The position numbers and the translations under genes were made by a program. Positions 30,395 through 39,999 of a stretch of DNA of 64,000 nucleotides are shown here, piece after piece. Below the pieces are notes generated by a model that was given only the letters and a program-made list of their open reading frames with translations, did no database searches and had not been told where the DNA came from. Source of the stretch: a virus (taxonomy: Duplodnaviria; Caudoviricetes); IMG/VR virus record IMGVR_UViG_3300005662_000021, positions 1-64,000 of that record; one strand, written 5' to 3'. How positions within the stretch are numbered: position 1 is the first letter of the stretch; the number at the start of each line of letters is the position of its first letter.

Positions 30395-31726
30395 ATGGAA
30401 AACCATTCAAGTTTAAATCTTAAAAATAGAATGAAATTGTTAATGAATTATCAAAGTGATAAAACATTAACTGAAAACTATAACACATTATTAGTAAAAT
30501 CAAACAATAATGATTTTATAATTAGTGATATGATGTCTCCAGATAACAGATATTTCATTTTGATGGATGAAATGTATGATTTGAAGGAAAATAGAAAAAT
30601 TGGTAATTTTTGGGATAGTATTGACAATATAACCCTTTTCCTTACACACTCTTTCAAACACGCAACAAATATACCTCAACAAATTCGTGAAGAAAACTTG
30701 ATGAATTTGGGTAAATTATCATTAAATGAATCGTTAAACTCAGATTTATTTTTTATAAAAGAATCTGCGAAAGAATTATTTAATCAAATAAATCTTAATG
30801 AAAGAACATGGGGTGAATGGGCATGGAGTGGTGCTAAAGATTTAGGAAATTGGTTAGGTAAAAGTGCAACAGACTTAGTTACAGGAACAACTAAAATGAT
30901 TGGTGACGCAGGAAAAGGTCTATATCAATTAGGGGGTGCTGTTTTAAGTGGCGATGTTACTAAAATATTGTCTTTGTTAGGACAAGGATTTATATATTTT
31001 GCTCGTTGGTTAAGAAATACGTTATATAACCCTATTGGTGCAACAATAGACGCTGTATTAATTGCTACAGGCATTGGTAAAACAGTTCAATGGATACCTT
31101 GGGCAATTGTGGTTGCGTTAGATATCTACGAATTTATGTCAGGAGATAGTGAACATAAAGGTGACCCATTATGGTGGCAACTTTTAACTATAGGTTTTGA
31201 TGTAATAGGACTTGTTAGTGCTGGTGCCGCGGCAAAAGCAGCAAAAGCCGAATTAAGTGTAGTTAAAGAATTAGTTCAAAAATCACCTGAAGAAATTGCA
31301 CTATTTTTAGAAAAAAATCCAGGAATGAGAAAAACAGTTGAAGGTATGTTGACTAATGTTAATAAAGTACCTGGATTTTTAGACAAGGCTGTAAATTTCC
31401 TTATGAAACCTTTTCCAAAAGCTGCAGAATGGATTAAAGGTATGTTGGGTAAAGTGAGTGGTTTTATTAGTAAATTCACTCAAGGACTTGGTGAACTTTT
31501 ATCCAAAAAGGGAGCAAAATTAGCAGGTAGAGAACTTGCAATTAATTATGGTGTTGAAAAAGGGGTAGGTAAAGCTATAGAATATGTGAGCGGTGCAGGT
31601 TCTAGAGGTGCGGAAGCAGCAATAGCACAAGGTAGTTCTGAAGCCGCAAAAGGTACTGAAAATTTAATATCAAACATACAAAGAAGTGGTGTTAATGTTG
31701 ATTACGAAGGAACTGGATTATTTTAA
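30395..31726 (+). CDS. probable virion protein with hydrophobic helices
   Basis: LKNRMKLLMNY..LTE; Gly/Ala-rich TM-like segments. Confidence 0.65.
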   Translation: MENHSSLNLKNRMKLLMNYQSDKTLTENYNTLLVKSNNNDFIISDMMSPDNRYFILMDEMYDLKENRKIGNFWDSIDNITLFLTHSFKHATNIPQQIREENLMNLGKLSLNESLNSDLFFIKESAKELFNQINLNERTWGEWAWSGAKDLGNWLGKSATDLVTGTTKMIGDAGKGLYQLGGAVLSGDVTKILSLLGQGFIYFARWLRNTLYNPIGATIDAVLIATGIGKTVQWIPWAIVVALDIYEFMSGDSEHKGDPLWWQLLTIGFDVIGLVSAGAAAKAAKAELSVVKELVQKSPEEIALFLEKNPGMRKTVEGMLTNVNKVPGFLDKAVNFLMKPFPKAAEWIKGMLGKVSGFISKFTQGLGELLSKKGAKLAGRELAINYGVEKGVGKAIEYVSGAGSRGAEAAIAQGSSEAAKGTENLISNIQRSGVNVDYEGTGLF

Positions 31727-31752
31727 ATAAAATAAAATAAAAATAATATAAA

Positions 31753-33096
31753 ATGGAAAAGAAAATTTTATTAGAAGAAATAGAAAGATTTAGATTACTT
31801 TCTGGTTATAAAACTAAACATACACTTACAGAAAATGAAGAAATTTTAGAATATGGTTTAGGTTCAGCTGAAAGTGCTTTGATAAAAGATTTAAAATTTG
31901 CGGCTTCAGCTGAAGGTAGAGCTTTAAGAAGTAAGGTTGAGGATGCACTTAGAACTATTCAACATACATTCACAATAAATGGTGTTAAAAGTAACAGACA
32001 TACAATTCAGGATATTGTTACAGCCGCAGAAAAAGGATTATTAAAATCAGATGAAATCGGAAATATGTACTCACATCTTATGAAAGAATTAGGAAAAGAT
32101 ACAAGTAGTGAAGCAAGAAGAATTAAGGACGCCATCATTTCTGATTTTGTTCAAAAACCATCATTTATTAAAAAATATGCAATTAAAACTGAGGAAGAAG
32201 CTTTAGCCGCTTTAAAAGCAACTGGTAATTACACCGAAGATGAAGCTAAGAAAGTTTTACAAAAATATAAAGATACTGGTGGTAGATTTAAACCAGGTGG
32301 TGATATAAATTTAAAACCAAAACCAGGGCCTGATGATTTTGATATTCACATAGAACCAGTACCAATTCCAATTCCTGAACCTTGGTGGAGTAAATTATGG
32401 AAGAATAAAAATTTCAAGTATGCTATGGCGGCAGCTGCTGGTGCAGGAACTTTAGCTTTATTATATTGGTGGATGACTGGTGGTGATGATGATTCAGGTT
32501 TCTCACCTTGTTTAACAACAGTTACAAAAGGAAATGGATTCACCCAAAGTGACCTTCAGAAATTAGCTGATAGTGGGGGTGATTATTTACCAATGGGTAG
32601 TCCTAATATTGTTACAGTTGATGGTACACCATCAAATTTAAAAGATGTTAAATTTTATAAAGATGGTACTTTTGAAGCTCAAGGTGTTAAAGGTAACTAT
32701 AAACCAGGTAATGGTACAATTCAAATTTCACATGGCGGTAACAACTATATCATCATATGTAACTATGTTGATAATGATGACGATGTAGTTCCACCACCAC
32801 CAGTTCCAACTCGTGGTTGCTCACCAGGATATGATTTTCCATTTGGTTTTTATAAGAGTAATCCAATGGTTGCCGAAGTTCAACGTTGTGTTGGAGCAAG
32901 TGAAGATAGTTGTATGGGTCCTGAAACTGCAGGTAAAATTAGCACTTTCTTAGGTTTAGCTGATAGACCTAGTTCATTGACTAAAGATATTTATGATAAA
33001 GTTATTGCAAAATGTAAAGGCAGTAACAAAACTGAAGAAAAAAAATATAAAGACCCAAATAGAGAAGGTGGTGATAGTTCAACAATGACAACTTAA
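31753..33096 (+). CDS. probable virion protein, single TM
   Basis: LEEIERFRLLSGY..LTE; AAAAGAGTLALLYWW TM. Confidence 0.65.
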   Translation: MEKKILLEEIERFRLLSGYKTKHTLTENEEILEYGLGSAESALIKDLKFAASAEGRALRSKVEDALRTIQHTFTINGVKSNRHTIQDIVTAAEKGLLKSDEIGNMYSHLMKELGKDTSSEARRIKDAIISDFVQKPSFIKKYAIKTEEEALAALKATGNYTEDEAKKVLQKYKDTGGRFKPGGDINLKPKPGPDDFDIHIEPVPIPIPEPWWSKLWKNKNFKYAMAAAAGAGTLALLYWWMTGGDDDSGFSPCLTTVTKGNGFTQSDLQKLADSGGDYLPMGSPNIVTVDGTPSNLKDVKFYKDGTFEAQGVKGNYKPGNGTIQISHGGNNYIIICNYVDNDDDVVPPPPVPTRGCSPGYDFPFGFYKSNPMVAEVQRCVGASEDSCMGPETAGKISTFLGLADRPSSLTKDIYDKVIAKCKGSNKTEEKKYKDPNREGGDSSTMTT

Positions 33097-33110
33097 ATTC
33101 AAAAAAAATT

Positions 33111-34868
33111 ATGAAATCAAAAAAAATAATTAAAGAACAACAAGAACAAGGTCAAAATAATCCTAGTAATCTTTTAGATTTGGCGGTTATGTACAATTGT
33201 TTTCCTGAAAATCAATATGGTGCATTTACTAAAAGAAGAGATGTGGTTACAAATAAACTTTGTTTATATAAAAAATCAACTAACCCAACACTAGTTGATG
33301 CTAAAAAAAATTACGTCTTTATATTTCCAAATGATGATGGATATACCTTTAGTATGGAATATAGAGATAATCCAGAACAAGAAGGAAAAGTTATTGAAAA
33401 AAATCCTAGTGTTTCTTGTAAGAGTATTACAAAGACAGGTGCACTTTTAGCATCACCTGACCAACAAAAAGTAATTGATTATTTAAAACAAGAAAAGTTT
33501 ATTCAAATAGACCAATTACCTAAAGAAAAATGGAATCAATATTCTTTGGTTGATTTATCTCAAGACCCTGATTCTGTTAAATTATTACAAGATAAAGGGT
33601 TATATAACACATTATTAATATCTATTAAAGATAAACAACCTTTACAAATGTGGAAACCAAAAGGATTAAGTGCTGCGACTGAAGATATATTTGAACAAGG
33701 TAATAAATTAGTTAGTCATTTATCTAAATTAGGTTGGATAAGTAAAGATAAAATGTCACCTGAAATTGCTGGTGATTATATTGGAATTGATTTAAGTAAC
33801 AAAGATGAATATGTTAAAAACGATGTCCTTAAAAATTTAGGGGATTATTCAAAATATTTTAAACAAGGATATGTTATGTATCAACCAATCAAGGTTATGT
33901 CAATGCAGGAATTACTTTCTCAAAAACAAACAACAGCAAAAAGACTGAAAACCGAATATAATAAAAATGATTGTGTGAAACTTATTAAACTTTATTGGGA
34001 AAGTATGGAAAAAGATTTACCAATAGGACAAGGTGAAAAAAGTATGGTTGAGATGTGTGTAAAAAGTTATCAATATCCATATATGAAAGGAAAAATTGAT
34101 GCCATCAAATATACCACTCGTGAGAAAAAGAAATATCAATTATTTACTAATCAAGATAGTAAAGAAAGAGATAAGGTTTTACAACAAACAATATCTGAAG
34201 GTCTTCAAAAATTAAAAAAACAGAAAAAGATTAATGAAACTTTAGTAATTAAAAAAAAACTTACAATTCTTTCAGAAGGTAAAAATTTAAGAAATAAGAA
34301 GGAATTAAATTCTTTTTTTGATAAATTTTTAGTAGAAACAGCAATACTAAATTCAAAAGGATATGATTCAAAATTAATTTCAGAAGGGTTCTTTGATTTT
34401 ATTGGTAGTTTCTTTGGTACTGGTGTTGAATCTGTAATGTCTTATTTTAAGGAATATGCCGCAAAATGGTTATTAAGTATTGCTGGAATAGATTCTAAAG
34501 GTTGGATAGGTTCAATTATTACAACAGCATTAGGAAACTTAAAATTTGGAGATATTCCTAAAATAACTTCTTGTGAATTTTTAGTCCCTTATTTAGCAAA
34601 AACAATCAGTGAGTCTGCAGCAAAAAAATATATGGAATCACAAACCAGTGAATCTCCGATTGGTTCAATTATGAGAAACGCTGTTTTTGAAGTTCTTGAG
34701 GATAGTGCATTCGGACAAGCGATTGAAAAAGGCTTAGAGGGTTTAATATGTCCAAAACTTGGACATCTACAAACAAAAATGGGTAATGTTAAAGACCAAT
34801 TGATAACTAAAGCTGAGACATCAGGTGAACAAATGAAATCAGCCCCATCACTTGCTTCGCAACTATAA
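33111..34868 (+). CDS. probable virion protein
   Basis: 585 aa; repeated ISE/INE/LSE motifs before a C-terminal helical domain. Confidence 0.65.
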   Translation: MKSKKIIKEQQEQGQNNPSNLLDLAVMYNCFPENQYGAFTKRRDVVTNKLCLYKKSTNPTLVDAKKNYVFIFPNDDGYTFSMEYRDNPEQEGKVIEKNPSVSCKSITKTGALLASPDQQKVIDYLKQEKFIQIDQLPKEKWNQYSLVDLSQDPDSVKLLQDKGLYNTLLISIKDKQPLQMWKPKGLSAATEDIFEQGNKLVSHLSKLGWISKDKMSPEIAGDYIGIDLSNKDEYVKNDVLKNLGDYSKYFKQGYVMYQPIKVMSMQELLSQKQTTAKRLKTEYNKNDCVKLIKLYWESMEKDLPIGQGEKSMVEMCVKSYQYPYMKGKIDAIKYTTREKKKYQLFTNQDSKERDKVLQQTISEGLQKLKKQKKINETLVIKKKLTILSEGKNLRNKKELNSFFDKFLVETAILNSKGYDSKLISEGFFDFIGSFFGTGVESVMSYFKEYAAKWLLSIAGIDSKGWIGSIITTALGNLKFGDIPKITSCEFLVPYLAKTISESAAKKYMESQTSESPIGSIMRNAVFEVLEDSAFGQAIEKGLEGLICPKLGHLQTKMGNVKDQLITKAETSGEQMKSAPSLASQL

Positions 34869-34873
34869 CCAAA

Positions 34874-34942
34874 GATACCTGTGATGTAGAGGTCACATGG
34901 GATAAACTCGACTAAAAGAAAGGGAGGTATCCAACATCTACC
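34874..34942 (+). ncRNA. candidate pseudoknotted small RNA
   Basis: GATACCT/AGGTATC stem, GTGAT/GTCAC hairpin, loop GTAGA complementary to downstream TCTAC. Confidence 0.35.
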
Positions 34943-34966
34943 AAAAGGACGTTTTTACGTCCTTTT
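34943..34966. terminator. bidirectional terminator
   Basis: AAAAGGACG-TTTTTA-CGTCCTTTT. Confidence 0.75.
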
Positions 34967-34971
34967 GTGTT

Positions 34972-35463
34972 TTAGTAGATATCGTTTTTAAATTCATTCC
35001 AAACTTGACCAACAGATGAATTTAATATTTCTGAGAATATTGTTGGTTCATAAGGTTTGGTATTTAATTTCATATTAGCTTCTTCAGGAGTCTTGTCTCC
35101 TTTCAATCTATTACAACTTGAACAACAAGTTACTAAATTCATCCAAGTGTTTTGACCCCCTCTTGATTTGGGGATGATGTGGTCTATAGTAAGATTTTTC
35201 TTACTACCACAATATGTACATTCATTGTTGTCTCTTTTATAAATTCTCTGCCTATTGATTCTTAATTTATTGATTCTGAACTTAACAAAATTTAATAAAC
35301 GGATTATCAATGGGCGTACAAATTCTTTCATACCTGAGACAATTGGATTCTCACTTGCTTTTATTACTTCAGCCTTTCCTTTATTGACCAAAGTAAATCC
35401 CTTGTAAACACTTGTGATGTTTATTGGTGTGAAGTCTGCATTTAATACTAATACTTTTTCCAT
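34972..35463 (-). CDS. HNH endonuclease (McrA-like HNH_5)
   Basis: RDNNECTYCG...TIDHIIPKSRGG...NLVTCCSSCNRLK. Confidence 0.9.
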   Translation of the reverse strand: MEKVLVLNADFTPINITSVYKGFTLVNKGKAEVIKASENPIVSGMKEFVRPLIIRLLNFVKFRINKLRINRQRIYKRDNNECTYCGSKKNLTIDHIIPKSRGGQNTWMNLVTCCSSCNRLKGDKTPEEANMKLNTKPYEPTIFSEILNSSVGQVWNEFKNDIY

Positions 35464-35660
35464 ATGATATGAGTTAGTATTTATAAATATAAATCATTAT
35501 TTGAGTTAAAAAAAAATAATACCAATTAATGGTAGGTAAATTTTTTATAAAAACATAGGGGGCATTTTTTAAAATAAAAAAAATTGTAAAAAAAATTGTA
35601 AAGAATTCTTTTTTTAAAAAAACTTGTCTATCTTTGTAGTCACAAAAATAAATCAATACT

Positions 35661-36359
35661 ATGCGTGACTTTATTAAAATCTCCGTTATTCTTCTCATTA
35701 TCTATTGTGTATGGGATTATATGAAAGAACACAATCTAACATTGGTTGAAATGTTCACAACTTTCCCAGCACAAAATATTAATAATTCTATGGAGAATGT
35801 TAATGTAACTATTAACAACCAAAGAGATTATAACTATAACAATGTTAGTCATAATTCTAATGTTCAAGAAACTTCATATCAACCAAAACCTAAAGTTTCT
35901 ACTGAAGATGTAATAGTTAAACCACTTGGAAATGTTGATTATAGTGACTTAACTGATGCTTGTAGTATTATAAAGGAAGCCTATGGTTTTAATTGTGTCA
36001 TTGGTGAACCTGAACCAATAACTCCTGATTTATACATTTCAGGTACTGAAGACATCATAAATGCTCACACTTGTTATGAAAAGTTTTATACTAAACGTAG
36101 AGTTGTTTACATTGTAGATAAAAGACTTTGGGCAACTGGTGATTTCTTGAGAGGTTATGCCGCAATGAATGCAGGATTTGTAATTGTTAGAGGTGAAAAA
36201 TCTTTTTTGAGAGAAACTATAGTCCACGAAATGGGTCATACTTTTGGTTTGGGACATTGTGATGATTTGGGTTGTATTATGGCAACTAACAATGACCAAT
36301 ATGACACAGGAAGATTTTGTAACAAATGCAGAAATAAAATTTCACACTTTTTTAATTAA
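35661..36359 (+). CDS. archaemetzincin-like (M54) zinc protease
   Basis: HEMGHTFGLGHC...CIM...FCNKC. Confidence 0.75.
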   Translation: MRDFIKISVILLIIYCVWDYMKEHNLTLVEMFTTFPAQNINNSMENVNVTINNQRDYNYNNVSHNSNVQETSYQPKPKVSTEDVIVKPLGNVDYSDLTDACSIIKEAYGFNCVIGEPEPITPDLYISGTEDIINAHTCYEKFYTKRRVVYIVDKRLWATGDFLRGYAAMNAGFVIVRGEKSFLRETIVHEMGHTFGLGHCDDLGCIMATNNDQYDTGRFCNKCRNKISHFFN

Positions 36360-36365
36360 AAAAAT

Positions 36366-36740
36366 ATGAACACACCTAAAGATAAATTGATGAAATTCTA
36401 CCAAAAAAATGGTATCCTTGAACTTAGTAAAGTCACAGGATTAACAATAAAAGAATTAGTTGATTTATTAAATTTAAATTTCAAAACATTTGAGGATATT
36501 AACTTTATGCCCCATTATGGAGGTGTTGCAGGTAAAATTATGTTTAAAAATGGGTATGGTGCTTCGGTAATTCGTCATGAACATTCATATGGTGGTAAAA
36601 AAGGTCTTTATGAATTAGCAGTTCTTGATAATGAAGGTAATTTAACTTATGATACACCAGTTACAAATGATGTTCTTGGATTTTTAAGTCCAAAAGAAGT
36701 AACAGATTATTTAATTCAAATACAAGATTTAAAAAATTAA
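36366..36740 (+). CDS. conserved phage hypothetical protein
   Basis: FKNGYGASVI...GLYELAVL. Confidence 0.65.
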   Translation: MNTPKDKLMKFYQKNGILELSKVTGLTIKELVDLLNLNFKTFEDINFMPHYGGVAGKIMFKNGYGASVIRHEHSYGGKKGLYELAVLDNEGNLTYDTPVTNDVLGFLSPKEVTDYLIQIQDLKN

Positions 36741-36744
36741 AATT

Positions 36745-37017
36745 ATGCCTAGATTTTATCAAGAAGTAGAAGCTGAAGTTGACATAGATGTTGAAGACTT
36801 CATTTATCAATGTTCCGATAGAGATATTGAGAAAATAATCAAATGTTTGGTTGAGGAAGGTAAATTACCTAAAACATTGACAACTTATAGTAAGACTCAA
36901 AGTCTATCTCTTAGTGAAGTTACTTGGTATGAAACCATTGAAAAGATAAGAAGTAATAGATTTCTACTAAGTGATGAAGAAACTGAATTAATTGAAAAAA
37001 TAGCAAAAAGATTTTAA
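36745..37017 (+). CDS. hypothetical protein
   Basis: 90 aa ORF. Confidence 0.6.
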   Translation: MPRFYQEVEAEVDIDVEDFIYQCSDRDIEKIIKCLVEEGKLPKTLTTYSKTQSLSLSEVTWYETIEKIRSNRFLLSDEETELIEKIAKRF

Positions 37018-37083
37018 TCAAAACCCTTGACAAACCAAAGTATTAATTATATACTTTCAAAACAAATTCAAAAACAGAATATT

Positions 37084-38487
37084 ATGAACTTCTTAGACGC
37101 ATTACAAACAGAAGATACCTTAACTGAAAATGGTATGGTTACAAATTCATCAACTCTTAACGAGTGTGTGAATCTATTCTTCACCATTGGAGCAATGAGA
37201 GGACAAGACAAAGAAAGATTGTTAAGTCTATTCTCAAAGGCTTTCATTGAGAATCCTCAGACTGCATTGCGTATATTATTTTGGGCAAGAGATGTTCGTG
37301 GTGGTGCTGGTGAAAGACAAATATTCCGTGATATAATCCAACTCTTAGCAGAGGTGGCACCAGAAGTATTGGCGAAGAATATTAAATTCATTCCTGAATT
37401 CGGTCGTTGGGACGATATTACAGTCCTATTCAATACAAAAGTGAATGACGATGCGATTAACACAATAGTACAAGGTTTAGAAGCCAAAAATGGACTATGT
37501 GCAAAGTGGATGCCAAGAAAAGGAGTTATTTTTAACTCAATCAGGAAGGTTATGGGTCTTACACCAAAAACATTACGTAAAATGTTGGTAGTTCTTTCCA
37601 AAACGGTCGAGCAAAAGATGTGTGCTAACGAGTGGACAAATATTGAATACTCAAAAGTACCATCTTTGGCTATGGCTCGATACACCAAAGCATTCTCTAA
37701 ACACGATTTAACTGGTTTTGGAGTATACTTGGAATCATTGAAAAAAGGTGAGACTAAAGTAAACGCTGGGGCTGTATATCCATATGATATAGTTAAAACT
37801 TTGGGGCAAGGTGTCAAAGATTTGGCTGTAGAACAATGGAAAGCTCTTCCCAACTTTATGGAAGGAAGTACCGAAAGAATTTTACCAGTAGTTGATGTAT
37901 CAGGTTCAATGTCTACTAGTGCTGGTAACAACAATAATCTATCTTGTATGGATGTTGCAGTATCATTGGGATTGTACATTTCAGAAAGAAATGAAGGTTC
38001 TTTTAAAGACTCTTTCATTACATTCTCTGAGAGACCAAAATTACAAAAGTTGAGTGGTAATCTATATAATAGATACATACAACTACGTACTGCTGATTGG
38101 GGTATGAGTACAAACTTGGAGTCTGTGTTCAAATTGATTCTAAACCAATCAATTAAACATAATGTACCTCAAAGTGAAATGCCGACCAAAATCCTTATCT
38201 TATCGGATATGGAATTTAATCAAGCAACTGGACGTAATAATTCCGCAATTCAAATGATTCGTAAAGAATATGAGAATAGTGGATATCAACTACCTGGTAT
38301 TATCTTTTGGAACATACAATCGAGAGGAGATAACTTCCCAGTTCGTTTTGATGAAAGTGGTACAGCGTTAATATCTGGTTTTAGTCCATCAATCTTGAAG
38401 TCAATTCTTGGGGGAAAAGAACTATCACCAATATTAATTATGAATGAAACCATCGAGTCCGAAAGATATAAGATGATAGAAGTTTAA
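37084..38487 (+). CDS. TROVE-like/vWA protein (DUF2828-type, Ro60-related)
   Basis: RDVRGGAGER, GRWDD, AKWMPR, VVDVSGSM (MIDAS DxSxS), LILSDMEF, IIFWN, ISGFSP. Confidence 0.8.
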   Translation: MNFLDALQTEDTLTENGMVTNSSTLNECVNLFFTIGAMRGQDKERLLSLFSKAFIENPQTALRILFWARDVRGGAGERQIFRDIIQLLAEVAPEVLAKNIKFIPEFGRWDDITVLFNTKVNDDAINTIVQGLEAKNGLCAKWMPRKGVIFNSIRKVMGLTPKTLRKMLVVLSKTVEQKMCANEWTNIEYSKVPSLAMARYTKAFSKHDLTGFGVYLESLKKGETKVNAGAVYPYDIVKTLGQGVKDLAVEQWKALPNFMEGSTERILPVVDVSGSMSTSAGNNNNLSCMDVAVSLGLYISERNEGSFKDSFITFSERPKLQKLSGNLYNRYIQLRTADWGMSTNLESVFKLILNQSIKHNVPQSEMPTKILILSDMEFNQATGRNNSAIQMIRKEYENSGYQLPGIIFWNIQSRGDNFPVRFDESGTALISGFSPSILKSILGGKELSPILIMNETIESERYKMIEV

Positions 38488-38496
38488 AAAAATGGA

Positions 38497-38674
38497 AAAA
38501 TTGGTTTAAAAGGAATGATTACTGCAAAGTTAACACAACAAATCAATTAATCAAAATGGTAGCCGAGGATAGGTTCAAACCCTGTCACCCTCTGATAAGG
38601 AGGGGGGTTAGTCTCACTTTCCTAATCGCACGGGAATAAATTACTAACCAAAACCCATTCTGAAACCAATTTTT
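38497..38674 (+). ncRNA. CAGCAA-family stem RNA copy 1 containing a T-loop module
   Basis: AAAATTGGTTT/AAACCAATTTT outer stem, GAATG/CATTC inner stem then ATTACTGCAA; internal GATAGG-TTCAAAC-CCTGTC T-arm. Confidence 0.6.
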
Positions 38675-38731
38675 CCTATTTTTTCTTGACTTAATGAAAC
38701 TTTTAAATTAATTTTACGTTATATAGAACAA

Positions 38732-38791
38732 AGGATAGATTCAGCAAACTAAAAAAATCAAAACTTGTAAATTTGAACAAAAACTATCCTG
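38732..38791 (+). ncRNA. CAGCAA-family stem RNA copy 2
   Basis: AGGATAG/CTATCCT stem, ATTCAGCAA, A-rich loop. Confidence 0.6.
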
Positions 38792-38799
38792 ACAATTAA

Positions 38800-38863
38800 G
38801 GTTATAACGAATGACTTCAGCAACTTAAAAAAGACAGCACATCTTAAAAAATCATTCCGAACC
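38800..38863 (+). ncRNA. CAGCAA-family stem RNA copy 3
   Basis: GGTT/AACC outer, GAATGA/TCATTC inner stem, CTTCAGCAA, A-rich loop. Confidence 0.6.
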
Positions 38864-38907
38864 AAACTTTTTAATAATTTAGTAATATTTATAAACAAAT
38901 AACAAAA

Positions 38908-39003
38908 ATGAGAACATCGATAAACCATATTAGTAATTCAGTACAACCGCAATTTAAAAATTGTTGGTCAGCGGATTCTTATGGTTCAGGTGGAATCTCG
39001 TGA
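38908..39003 (+). CDS. 31-aa leader peptide candidate
   Basis: MRTSINHISNSVQPQFKNCWSADSYGSGGIS followed by a terminator. Confidence 0.45.
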   Translation: MRTSINHISNSVQPQFKNCWSADSYGSGGIS

Positions 39004-39031
39004 TGGTAAAAAAGATATTAATTTTTTATAC

Positions 39032-39064
39032 AAACCCTGGACAAAAGACGTTCAGGGTTTTTTT
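39032..39064 (+). terminator. terminator/attenuator upstream of tRNA array
   Basis: AAACCCTGGA...TTCAGGGTTT plus T-run. Confidence 0.75.
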
Positions 39065-39094
39065 GTGTTCTTTGACATCGTTGGTAAAATATAA

Positions 39095-39167
39095 TCCCCC
39101 TTGGTATAAAGGTTGATTACATCAGATTTTGAATCTGAGGATGGTGGTTCAATTCCATCAGGGGGAA
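39095..39167 (+). tRNA. tRNA-Gln(UUG)
   Basis: TCCCCCT/AGGGGGA acceptor; TCAGA-TTTTGAA-TCTGA. Confidence 0.9.
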
Positions 39168-39285
39168 CAATTTAAAGTGGTGAAATTTGACCACTTTAAA
39201 AAAAATATCAAATCTTGGAACTAATAGAACTTAAGGTTGGTTCATATAGATGAAAGTTGATTATTAAATTTTAAAATAAAAAATT

Positions 39286-39561
39286 ATGGAACTAGTAAGA
39301 AAGGGGGAATCGAGATGTTATGTATTCCGTGAAGAAGACATCCAAAAGGTATATGATACCATCAAAGAAATTGATAATTTTGAATTTGATTATATGCCTA
39401 ATAATTGGGTAACAGTTTTCAATAGTAAAGACGTACATAAAAACTATATGGTATATAATGGTAAATTTGACATTGATGTACCTAAACTGATTGACGAGTG
39501 TGGTAAAAGGGGTGTAGGTATCATTGTTAGGTCTACTAATATTCAAGATGATTGTTGGTAA
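39286..39561 (+). CDS. hypothetical protein
   Basis: 91 aa ORF. Confidence 0.6.
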   Translation: MELVRKGESRCYVFREEDIQKVYDTIKEIDNFEFDYMPNNWVTVFNSKDVHKNYMVYNGKFDIDVPKLIDECGKRGVGIIVRSTNIQDDCW

Positions 39562-39579
39562 AAAAAACTTGATAAAACA

Positions 39580-39611
39580 TTTGGAAATAAGAATATAGTG
39601 TCGTAATTTTG
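39580..39611 (+). promoter_or_regulatory. Bacteroidota-type sigma70 promoter
   Basis: TTTG-N20-TAATTTTG. Confidence 0.75.
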
Positions 39612-39615
39612 TGGA

Positions 39616-39681
39616 AGAGTAAGGAAAGGTCGTAGGTAGCACTGTCCACAACCAGCCTTAAACGTGGTGGATACTTACTCT
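39616..39681 (+). ncRNA. unclassified small structured RNA
   Basis: AGAGTAAG/CTTACTCT closing stem, TCCAC/GTGGA inner stem, starts right after promoter. Confidence 0.45.
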
Positions 39682-39711
39682 AAATTTTTTCAAACTTAAA
39701 ATATTAATTTT

Positions 39712-39903
39712 ATGACTAAAAATCAAATTTTAAATCTTGAAGTTGGGGATGTTATTCCAAATATGTTTGGTAAACTAAAAAAAGTCACAAGAATTTTACA
39801 TAAAGGAACTGACATTAATGGAAAAATGTTTGTTTATTTTTACCAAGAATTTGGGGATAGTAGTGAAATGTCTTCAACTTTAAAAGAAGGTAATCAAATA
39901 TAA
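39712..39903 (+). CDS. hypothetical protein
   Basis: 63 aa ORF. Confidence 0.55.
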   Translation: MTKNQILNLEVGDVIPNMFGKLKKVTRILHKGTDINGKMFVYFYQEFGDSSEMSSTLKEGNQI

Positions 39904-39908
39904 ATTAT

Positions 39909-39984
39909 GGTGGGATTGCCAAGTTGGTCAAGGCGAATAGCTGAAGATTATTTAATGTAGGTTCGATTCCTACTCCCACCACCA
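39909..39984 (+). tRNA. tRNA-Phe(GAA)
   Basis: GGTGGGA/TCCCACC; loop CTGAAGA; encoded CCA. Confidence 0.9.
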
Positions 39985-39999
39985 AACAACTATAAGACA

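Noticed and set aside
37257-38132. 291-aa minus-strand ORF
   Set aside because: In-frame shadow of the TROVE-like gene with no recognisable motif
38764-38771. Anticodon-loop-like word CTTGTAAA in CAGCAA copy 2
   Set aside because: No enclosing stem and no equivalent in copy 3, so too weak to claim as an anticodon decoy
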